From a bacterium (GTDB lineage: Bacteria > Zhuqueibacterota > Zhuqueibacteria > Zhuqueibacterales > Zhuqueibacteraceae), in the NCBI GenBank assembly GCA_044869275.1, contig JBIOXB010000152.1:1-22996 (forward strand): a stretch of 22,996 nucleotides of DNA. The letters run 5' to 3'. The notes beneath the pieces were generated by a model. It was not told the origin of the DNA, searched no databases, and worked only from the letters and a program-made list of their open reading frames with translations. Position 1 is the stretch's first letter; the number at the start of each line of letters is the position of its first letter. Below, in pieces: positions 9,972 through 17,511 of the stretch. A program made the translations under genes and the position numbers.

Positions 9972-10455
9972 ATGCTGAAGAGATGCTTTCGGTTACCAAC
10001 CGCGCTGGGTCTGCTTTTTGTGCTTTGCCTGAGCTGCTCGAAGCAGCCGGAGCAAGCGATTGTCGCGTCATCTAGTAGTCCCTATAGCCGCACAGATTCG
10101 ACGTTGACCAGCGCGCATTTTGTGTTTCATCACACCGCGATTGACCGCAACAATGTCGAACAAATCGCGGCGTCTCTGGAATCCCACCACCATCGCATTA
10201 CGCGTGATCTTCAAGTGGCAAGCCTTCCGCCAATCAAAGTACACCTCTATGCCACTTTCCAAGATTGCCATCGTGCGCTCGCGCGCGCTCGGTTTGCCCT
10301 CGGTACCGGCCTGGGTGGTGGGCGCGGCCACGCGCATCGATGAGATTCACATGATGTCGCCCAACAATCCGGAGATGGGCACAGCAGAAGGAACTTGGGA
10401 TTATTTGATGATCGTGATGGTGCATGAGTTCATTCGGCGGAAATATTTCTCGTAA
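9972..10455 (+). pseudogene. Frameshifted, 3'-truncated lipoprotein, probable zincin (HEXXH, peptidase MA-like) remnant
   Basis: Lipoprotein-type signal peptide ending LCLSC (Cys22). A near-perfect 10-bp tandem duplication (10272-10281 and 10282-10291) shifts the frame. Removing it gives ...HRALGLPSVPAWVVGAATRIDEIHMMSP...IVMVHEF, after which the second His of HEXXH is missing and a stop follows at 10453-10455. Confidence 0.7.
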
Positions 10456-10465
10456 GGAGCCTTTC

Positions 10466-12862
10466 ATGTTCAGAAACTACTTCAAAACCGCATGGCGCAA
10501 GTTGCGCCGCAGTCAAAGCTACGCGGCGATCAATGTGTTAGGCTTGGCGCTGGGCATGACCTGCTGTTTGTTCATTTTTTTAATCATCCAATACGAATTG
10601 CGTTTCGATCGCTTTCACGGCAAACGTGACCGCATCTTTCGCATCACAACCGATGAAAGGATGAATGACCGCACCAGTGAAACTATGGGGTCGCCTCTTC
10701 CGATGGCCGAGGCACTGCGCAGCGACTTTCCAAATTTGGAAAAAGTCACGGTCGCTTATTATATCTACTCCGGCCTATTCACCATCAACAGCAGCGAACA
10801 AGAGCCGCGGCGTTTTCAAGAAAACGAAGGCGTGGCTTTTGTCGAGCCGGAGTTTTTTGCCATTTTTGATTTTCCCTGGAAAACCGGAGATCCCGAGAGT
10901 TTGAATGAGCCCAATCGTGTCGCGCTCACGGAAGCCCTCGCGCAAAAATTCTTCGCGGATGAAGACCCCCTCGGCAAAACCATCCGTTTGGATAATAGCA
11001 TCGACTTGCAAGTGGCAGGGATTGTAAAGAATTATCCCGTGCACACCGATCTGCCCTTCACTGCTTTCATCTCCTGGCGCACCTTGCCTCAAACCGGGAC
11101 GAACATCGAATCCTGGGGCAGCTTGATGTCCAATACCAATACCTACGTGTTGCTGCCCCGGCAGTATGGAGCGAGCGAGCTGCAAAGCCAATTGGCCGCA
11201 TTCAAGAACAAATACTTCCCGGACGCCACGGACGCCAACAAACGCGTGCACAAATTGCAGCCCCTCTCCGAAATTCACTATGATAGCCGTTACGGCAACT
11301 ACAGCCAGCGCACGATCACAAAACCCGCGCTCTGGGGCCTGGGATTGATCGGCGTGTTTCTGCTGCTCACGGCGTGCATCAATTTCATCAACATGGCCAC
11401 GGCGCAAGCGGTCAATCGCGCCAAAGAAGTGGGCGTGCGCAAGGTTTTGGGCGCATTCCGCCGCCAATTGGTCGGGCAGTATTTGGGAGAAACTTTCATC
11501 ATCACGCTTTTCGGCGCCGCACTGGCCGTGGTCCTGGCAGAATTGCTCTTGCCCTCTTTAAATGCCTTGTTGCAGCTCAAACTGGTGTTCCGGCCCTTCA
11601 GCAATTTGACCGTGTCCGGTTTTCTGAGTGCGCTGGTGATCGGGGTGAGCTTGCTCGCCGGACTTTACCCGGCATTTGTGCTCTCGCGTTTCACCCCCGC
11701 GCTGGCGCTCAAAAGCAAGATGAGCTCGAGCATGGGCGGCGGACTATTTCTGCGCCGCGGCCTGGTGGTGTTTCAGTTCATCATTTCACAATTGCTCATC
11801 ATCGGCACGATCATCGTGACCACGCAAATGGATTATTTTCGCAAGAAAGACCTGGGGTTCGATCAAAACGCCCTGGTGCTGGTACCCTTGCCGCAGAATG
11901 ACGCCGCCAAACTGCAAACCCTGCGCGCACAGCTCCTGCAAAACAGCGCCATCAGGAATGTTTCTTTTAGTTTTTCCAGTGCCGCTTCCGGCAATCGTTG
12001 GGACACGAATTTGCGCCATACCCTGCGCGGCGAAGAGCAGGCTTTTGCTTCGGATCTGAAATTTGCGGACGCGGAATACATTTCGACATACGATCTCGAA
12101 TTGGTCGCCGGGCGCAATTATGTCGCGGGTGACACGGCGTTGGAATTTGTGGTCAACGAAACGTTCGCGAAAAAGCTGGGATTGGCACCGCAAGATCTCT
12201 TGGGCAAAACTTTCAAACTTGGCAAGCGGCGCTATTTGCCGATCGTGGGCGTGGTCAAGGATTTCAACACGACCTCCCTGCATCAGGAAATCCGCCCCTG
12301 CTTGCTGACAAACAATCGCCGGGCATACTATGAACTCAGCGTGAAGATCAATATGCTGGGAATGGCGGAGGCCTTGAAACATCTGGAGAAAACTTGGGCC
12401 GCGATTTTCCCGGAATTCGTGTACAGCCATGAGTTCTTAGATCAGCGCCTCGCGGATTTTTATCAAGAAGAACAGAAGATGTCGCAACTGTTTCGCGTGT
12501 TCTCGGGCATTGCGATTCTGATCGGCTGCATCGGCTTGTTCGGCCTGGTTTCCTTCACGGCCGCGCAACGCACGAAAGAAATCGGCGTGCGCAAAGTTTT
12601 GGGCGCTTCCACCGGCAACATTCTGCTGCTTTTCAGCCGCGAATTTGCCGTGCTGATTGCGATGGCCTTCACCATTGCCGCGCCGGCGGCGTATTTCGTC
12701 ATGCAACGCTGGCTGGAGAACTTCGCCTATCGTGCCGAAATCGGTGCGGGTGTATTCGGGCTGGCATTGTTGTCCACTCTGATCGTTGCGGCGCTGACCA
12801 TCGGTTATCGCGCGCTCCAGGCAGCGGCCGCGAATCCGGTGGAGGCATTGCGGTACGAGTAG
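10466..12862 (+). CDS. ABC transporter permease, MacB/FtsX-like duplicated type (paralog 4)
   Basis: SD AAGGAG at 10454-10459, then ATG 10466 (MFRNYFKTAWR). Motifs include INFINMATAQAVNRAKEVGVRKVLGA, DLGFDQ and QRTKEIGVRKVLGAS. Ends NPVEALRYE. Confidence 0.92.
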   Translation: MFRNYFKTAWRKLRRSQSYAAINVLGLALGMTCCLFIFLIIQYELRFDRFHGKRDRIFRITTDERMNDRTSETMGSPLPMAEALRSDFPNLEKVTVAYYIYSGLFTINSSEQEPRRFQENEGVAFVEPEFFAIFDFPWKTGDPESLNEPNRVALTEALAQKFFADEDPLGKTIRLDNSIDLQVAGIVKNYPVHTDLPFTAFISWRTLPQTGTNIESWGSLMSNTNTYVLLPRQYGASELQSQLAAFKNKYFPDATDANKRVHKLQPLSEIHYDSRYGNYSQRTITKPALWGLGLIGVFLLLTACINFINMATAQAVNRAKEVGVRKVLGAFRRQLVGQYLGETFIITLFGAALAVVLAELLLPSLNALLQLKLVFRPFSNLTVSGFLSALVIGVSLLAGLYPAFVLSRFTPALALKSKMSSSMGGGLFLRRGLVVFQFIISQLLIIGTIIVTTQMDYFRKKDLGFDQNALVLVPLPQNDAAKLQTLRAQLLQNSAIRNVSFSFSSAASGNRWDTNLRHTLRGEEQAFASDLKFADAEYISTYDLELVAGRNYVAGDTALEFVVNETFAKKLGLAPQDLLGKTFKLGKRRYLPIVGVVKDFNTTSLHQEIRPCLLTNNRRAYYELSVKINMLGMAEALKHLEKTWAAIFPEFVYSHEFLDQRLADFYQEEQKMSQLFRVFSGIAILIGCIGLFGLVSFTAAQRTKEIGVRKVLGASTGNILLLFSREFAVLIAMAFTIAAPAAYFVMQRWLENFAYRAEIGAGVFGLALLSTLIVAALTIGYRALQAAAANPVEALRYE

Positions 12863-12899
12863 GTGTTCAGTAAACAGGGTTCAGTGATCACTGACCCTG
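12863..12899. repeat. Heptamer-based near-perfect palindrome after permease 4 (possible terminator or processing hairpin)
   Basis: Units are GTGTTCA GTAAACA GGGTTCA GTGATCA. CAGGGTTCAGTGATCACTGACCCTG (12875-12899) is self-complementary with a single bulged T. Confidence 0.7.
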
Positions 12900-12951
12900 A
12901 AATCAATGCAAGCTTGATCGCTTAGATTGCAAAATATGTTGTGGAGAAGCC

Positions 12952-13248
12952 ATGATGCGAAACGATCTCCGCGCCGCCCTGCGCCCATGGTCCAAGTCCA
13001 ACATCCATTCGCGCAAAAATCTGCTCAGCCTCGCGATGGGCATCGTTTGCGGCGCAATTGTCTTCCTGTACCTGTACGGCGAGCTGAGCCCTGCGCGCTT
13101 TTTCGGCTTCGATCAGCCCCTGGTGCAGTATCACAGCCAAAGATTTATCGAGCCGCCCAGCTATTATGCAAATGTGAACGGGCGGCAGGCGAAGCAGGTG
13201 AAGCGTTCGAGCGCATCACTCTGCCTCAGCTTGCATGAAGTATTTTAA
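12952..13248 (+). CDS. Small single-TM protein homologous to the N-terminus of the adjacent permeases (mini-permease or gene remnant)
   Basis: GGAG SD at 12943-12946. The first 51 aa align without gaps to permease N-termini (MMRNDLRAALR...SRKNLLSLAMGI...LYLYGELS..RF versus MFKNYLKIALR...SAINVLGLAVGM...LFIAYERGFDRF). The 3' end overlaps the convergent gene by 33 nt. Confidence 0.6.
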   Translation: MMRNDLRAALRPWSKSNIHSRKNLLSLAMGIVCGAIVFLYLYGELSPARFFGFDQPLVQYHSQRFIEPPSYYANVNGRQAKQVKRSSASLCLSLHEVF

Positions 13249-16200
13249 CGGAAAACGGGCAAAATCCAACTTGGAAGGAAGATTGAAGAGCGCGGTCCAC
13301 GGCTTGGTCTTCACCAGCGACACGGAGGCGTAAACGAAACCGTTTTTGATCTCAAACTTCATGGTTTTGACGTTCCAGCCGGTTTTGAGCAGCAGGCGCA
13401 TGCGCTGCACTCCGACGTCGGTGCCTTTGGGGTCAAGCGCCTGTAAAAGGTTGGAGGCGACTTTGCCCTCAATTTTGGAAATATTCAACGCGCCGGCAAG
13501 CTGCGCCAGCACCTCCTCCATTTTTTCCACAGAAGCGCCAGCGCCGCTCAGGGACAGATCCGCGGAAAGCTTTGAGCCTTTCTCCACTTGTGCACCGAGC
13601 CGGCGCAGGCGCGAGACATCAACGGAGGAGGCTTGCATGCTCAGCGCATACGTGAGATGGTCCGGGTTGCCGTCGCCCAGCCCCACCAGCACATTCCCAA
13701 TCAAGTTGCCCTCGAATAGATTCATGCGGAATTGCTTCACCTCCACACGGCCGTGACCCAACTCCAACTCGGCTGAAATATCTCTGCATTGATAATTGCC
13801 CAATTGCAATTCTTTGAGCGTCAGGCGTGAAGGGGCAGCATGATGCTCTCTTTGCGCTTCACCCAAAACCTCATGCAGCAGCAGAGCTTCGCCGGCGCTG
13901 GCCAAAGCCAGCGGCTTGCGCTCGGAAATCGGCGGCAGCGTGAGATCGAGCAGATCGAAATCCTGCGCAAACTCGGCGTGCACGTTCAAATCGCGCAAAG
14001 CCAGCGAAGAATCCCGGGTAAGATTGAAGTGCTCGACCTCCAAACTGCCGGCGAGGTGCGCCGGTTGCGGCGCTTGCGCATCGTCGGGCAAATATTGATC
14101 CAGGGTGAAACGCATATTCAAGTTTCCCTGCAGGGCCAGGGCCTTGCCCAGGATCAATTTTTCCGGCGCTTTCATGCCGGCGTCGAACGTGGTCCTCACC
14201 TGCATGCCTTGCGGCAAGAATTTCCCCAACACGCCGTACTCGCCGCGCACGGACCAGGCCGGAACTTCCAGCCTGCCCTCTTTGATTAAAAAACGATCTT
14301 CATAAACAACGAGCTTCCCCTCTGCTTCTGCCGGCGGCAGCGGCGCAGGCAAATAATCCAAACGCAACGCCGGGCATTGCGCGCGGTACTCGCCCAGCGT
14401 CGAATCGGTTACCAGCGTCCACTCGCTCTCAATATCCAGCTTCTCCGCAAAAACGCCGGACAAAGTATCGGCGTAAATGCCGTCCTTCGCACGCGCGAAA
14501 AGCTTTCCAGTATAATCGAACTTACCGGAAGGCAGCATGCGGCTTTCGAACCAGCCCTGCGCGAGCGCCGTGCCGGCGAGATACGGAAACGCCGGATCCC
14601 CGGCCAGGTCCTGCGGCAACAGCGGCATGATTTCGGCAATGGCAGCATGCGCCTCGGGCAGCTCGAAACGCAAAACGCTTCTACCGACGTCGTAGAATCC
14701 CTGAAAAACTGCACGCGCTCGCTGGCATTGCAGGGCGCCATTTGAAAATGCGACATGCGAGAAAGCAGCGGTGGTTTTCAAAAGCGCGGAGAATTGCAGG
14801 TCATCAGGTGGAATTTCACCGAAACTTTCTGCGGTAAAGTAAGTGAGCGTATCGTTCTCTATCGCGCCTGCCAGGCGCAGGTTATCGAAGCTTTCACCTT
14901 CGACTCTAAGTACGGCGCGCCGCAGCCTGCCCACCATGCTCTGTCCGCTTAAAGGCGCAAGATTGAGAGAGTCTGCTTCGAGGTGCAAAAGGGTTTTGAA
15001 TGTCTTGGGCGAAAAGCCGCGTTCATTTTTCGGCGCAAAGCTGGAGCGCGCCCGCACTTTCCCGCCGGAGAAATTCTGCCAGGTCAAATCCAAATCGCCC
15101 TGGGAGGGCAGATACTCCGGCGTGAGCGAAAAACTCGCACGCAAATCCATGGGCCCCGTGGCTAATACATTTTGCTCTTCGAGCGGCAGGCCGCACGCTG
15201 CCAGATGCAAGCGACAAGTTAATTCCGAGTTTCGATTCGTCGCGTTCTCGGGCGCAGTTTCCCAGCGCAAATCGAGGTCTCCGCCGGTGATCCCCAGGCG
15301 AGAAGCAGAATCGGCCAGGCTGAGGCCCTCCCCCGCGAGTGCGACGCGATACTGCGTGCCGTTTTTGTTCTGACGAAAAAAGCTGTCGCGAATCTCGAGC
15401 TTGCCCGCTCCGTGCCAGCTTTGCCAATCCGACAGCATCGCCAGATCGCGCCGCGCATGCAACAGCGCGGTCAGTCTTTCAAAATCAACATGGCCGCGCT
15501 GCACGCTAACATTGCAGCTGGTATCCGGCAGGGTTTTCAGGCTGAAACTGCCGGCAAGCTCGAAAGCATCTGCAAGCTGCAGCTGCAAAGTGGAAAGCTG
15601 CAATTCCGAGGAGAGAAAATGATACTGCAGCTCGCCGCTGGCGTTAAAAACAGGCAGCGGCGTTTCCTGCGCGCCCAAGCTCCCCCGGCCTTCTGCCAGT
15701 GAAACTTCAAAATTTGCAGTGAGAGCCTCATTGTTCATGTTGCCGCTGGCTTGCAGTGGCAGCCAGCCGGTGAAGCGCAGCGGAGCGGCAGCGCGCGCAT
15801 GAGCCTGATACTCCACGCGCGCCGGAGCAGCCAACAACTTGAATTGTCCACGGTAGCGCGAGCGGCGATCCACCTCGATATTCGCGAGCTCGGCGTCCAG
15901 ATGAGCCAATGAGAATTGCTGCGTGTCAGCCGCAGAAACCATGAGGGCGCGCAGGTTAAAATCTTGCAAACGAAATTTTTTGAGATTGATGGAGATGGGA
16001 AGTTCGGCCGTGGAATCAACCGCCGCAACGGAATCCGTGAAGGCGGCCAGCCAGGCTTCGAGGTTGGTGGAAGCATCCGGAGCTTGCCAGTAGCGCAGGA
16101 ACGGCCGTGTGATCTCCACCTCATCAATTTCCAATTGCCGCGCGAGCAGCGAGCGCCAGCGATAGGAAAAATTGATTCTTTCAATGGAAAGCGGAGAGCG

Positions 16201-16455
16201 AAAATCCGCCGGTGTCTCTGCGCGCTGGCCTTGCACTTCGACCAGCGTGAGCTTGTCCAAAACGAACCCGGAAAAAAGGCTGAAGGCAAGCTGCTCGCAC
16301 GTGGCGGTGATGCCGTATTTCTGCGCCAGCGTGCCCAGCAAGATTTGTTTGACGCGCTCCGGCGGGTACTTCAGGCGAATGAAAACCACCAGTCCGGCGC
16401 CGACAGCAAAAAAAACGAGAAGCGCGCCGGCGGCAATTTTGAAAATTCTTTTCAC
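13216..16455 (-). CDS. AsmA-like (AsmA/TamB/YdbH superfamily) inner-membrane-anchored periplasmic protein, 1079 aa
   Basis: Basic N-terminus and one TM helix (MKRIFKIAAGALLVFFAVGAGLVVFI), then an AsmA-type N-terminal pattern (LAFSLFSGFVLDKLTL...SIERINFSYRWRSLLARQLEIDEVEITRP...STNL). The rest is long and rich in amphipathic beta-strands. The GTG start overlaps the stop of the upstream gene (GTGA). Confidence 0.7.
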   Translation of the reverse strand: MKRIFKIAAGALLVFFAVGAGLVVFIRLKYPPERVKQILLGTLAQKYGITATCEQLAFSLFSGFVLDKLTLVEVQGQRAETPADFRSPLSIERINFSYRWRSLLARQLEIDEVEITRPFLRYWQAPDASTNLEAWLAAFTDSVAAVDSTAELPISINLKKFRLQDFNLRALMVSAADTQQFSLAHLDAELANIEVDRRSRYRGQFKLLAAPARVEYQAHARAAAPLRFTGWLPLQASGNMNNEALTANFEVSLAEGRGSLGAQETPLPVFNASGELQYHFLSSELQLSTLQLQLADAFELAGSFSLKTLPDTSCNVSVQRGHVDFERLTALLHARRDLAMLSDWQSWHGAGKLEIRDSFFRQNKNGTQYRVALAGEGLSLADSASRLGITGGDLDLRWETAPENATNRNSELTCRLHLAACGLPLEEQNVLATGPMDLRASFSLTPEYLPSQGDLDLTWQNFSGGKVRARSSFAPKNERGFSPKTFKTLLHLEADSLNLAPLSGQSMVGRLRRAVLRVEGESFDNLRLAGAIENDTLTYFTAESFGEIPPDDLQFSALLKTTAAFSHVAFSNGALQCQRARAVFQGFYDVGRSVLRFELPEAHAAIAEIMPLLPQDLAGDPAFPYLAGTALAQGWFESRMLPSGKFDYTGKLFARAKDGIYADTLSGVFAEKLDIESEWTLVTDSTLGEYRAQCPALRLDYLPAPLPPAEAEGKLVVYEDRFLIKEGRLEVPAWSVRGEYGVLGKFLPQGMQVRTTFDAGMKAPEKLILGKALALQGNLNMRFTLDQYLPDDAQAPQPAHLAGSLEVEHFNLTRDSSLALRDLNVHAEFAQDFDLLDLTLPPISERKPLALASAGEALLLHEVLGEAQREHHAAPSRLTLKELQLGNYQCRDISAELELGHGRVEVKQFRMNLFEGNLIGNVLVGLGDGNPDHLTYALSMQASSVDVSRLRRLGAQVEKGSKLSADLSLSGAGASVEKMEEVLAQLAGALNISKIEGKVASNLLQALDPKGTDVGVQRMRLLLKTGWNVKTMKFEIKNGFVYASVSLVKTKPWTALFNLPSKLDFARFPLKYFMQAEAE

Positions 16456-17258
16456 CGCAGGCGGTCACGCTGCTGATTCCATTTCACCCAATCGCTTTTT
16501 TCATCGCGATCCGAGGATTTGAAAGCACTGACGGATTTGATCTTGCCGTTCGCACCGATGGTGATTTGTTGATAGGATTTCACCAAATACAGCCATTCTT
16601 CCAGAGATATTGGCGTTGGGCCGGGGACCTGGGTGGGTCCGGGCACGCGCGAAGGCTGAACGCTTTGCGGCGCGAGCGAGCTCATTTTTTCCGGCACGTT
16701 GCTGATGCGCACCTCGCCGGTATAGACTTTCAATTGGGTTTCCTGGTTGGTGGAATCGTGGCTGAGGCGAAAAACGGTTCCCGTAATCGCAGCACCCGCA
16801 AAATCGGAATTCACTTCGAAGGAGGAATTGGCGTCGACCGATTTTACTTTGCCCCAGAGGTCGCCTTCACTCAAATTGATTTTGGTTTGAACTTTTTTCT
16901 CTTTGGTTTCTTCGTACAGTTTCACGATGTCGATCGTGGTCTGCGGCGCGAGGCGAATCACGTCCAATTGCGCGAGATTCATTTCCGCGCGCGATTGCTG
17001 CAGCGTGCGCACGCGGTCGCCGCCGATCACATCCGTCTTCACCTGGGCACGAATCCACTCTTCGTCCGTCATTTGCTTCTTTTTGACGTTGCCCTCCACC
17101 AGCGTGAACAGGCCTTTGCGCGCGTTGCTCGCGGGTGTGGTCGCTTGGGTTTTAGCTGCGGTTGGGGTTGCAGTTTGGGAATGGCTTTGCCAGGGTTTGG
17201 CGGCAAAGACAAAGCTGAGGGTCAACATCAAGAAAAACGCATACCAATTCTTGCTCAT
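16452..17258 (-). CDS. Exported FecR-domain protein
   Basis: SD AGAGGAG upstream of the ATG, signal peptide and Thr/Ala/Pro linker. FecR-domain pattern: EGNVK...GDRVRT..QSRAE...IRLAPQT...INLSEGDLW.KV...FEVNSDFAGAAITGTVF...LKVYTGEVRI. Confidence 0.8.
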   Translation of the reverse strand: MSKNWYAFFLMLTLSFVFAAKPWQSHSQTATPTAAKTQATTPASNARKGLFTLVEGNVKKKQMTDEEWIRAQVKTDVIGGDRVRTLQQSRAEMNLAQLDVIRLAPQTTIDIVKLYEETKEKKVQTKINLSEGDLWGKVKSVDANSSFEVNSDFAGAAITGTVFRLSHDSTNQETQLKVYTGEVRISNVPEKMSSLAPQSVQPSRVPGPTQVPGPTPISLEEWLYLVKSYQQITIGANGKIKSVSAFKSSDRDEKSDWVKWNQQRDRLR

Positions 17259-17297
17259 ACTCTCCTCTCGCAGTTACCAACAAACGATTCTTCAAAA

Positions 17298-17329
17298 AAC
17301 TTGTTCGAGGCCTCTGAGTAATTGTCAAT
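17298..17329 (-). promoter_or_regulatory. Putative promoter for the FecR-like/AsmA-like unit (ATTGACA-N19-CAAGTT)
   Basis: Consensus -35 TTGACA on the minus strand at 17328-17323 and CAAGTT at 17303-17298, ending 39 nt before the ATG. Confidence 0.45.
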
Positions 17330-17466
17330 CTTTTGTTTCATTTCTCCCTGTCTTATGCGTATCCCATTCGTATATTACACGACCCCAGCAATAAATGCAA
17401 GTCGCGTTTTTGCCAGCAAAGCATCGCGCATAACGTTGAAATGCCCAAATCTGCTTTCGGCTTTTC

Positions 17467-17508
17467 CTTTTCTTTTTGCCTTTTTCTTTTTGCTCTTTTC
17501 TTTTTGCC
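17467..17508. repeat. Three tandem 14-bp (2x7) purine/pyrimidine-biased repeats directly after the CHAT gene stop
   Basis: CTTTTCTTTTTGCC / TTTTTCTTTTTGCT / CTTTTCTTTTTGCC on the + strand, i.e. GGCAAAAAGAAAAG-type units on the coding (-) strand. Confidence 0.85.
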
Positions 17509-17511
17509 TTC

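Noticed and set aside
4922..10465. Upstream starts from the ORF track for the permeases (4922, 7420, 10424; also 2501)
   Set aside because: The extensions translate hairpin or pseudogene DNA. The conserved MF[KR] N-terminus in all four genes and the AAGGAG SD in paralogs 2-4 point to starts at 2513, 4967, 7450 and 10466.
4885..12899. Integron-like cassette array with the hairpins as attC sites
   Set aside because: The hairpins lack RYYYAAC/GTTRRRY core boxes, no integrase is present, and the genes are paralogues better explained by duplication.
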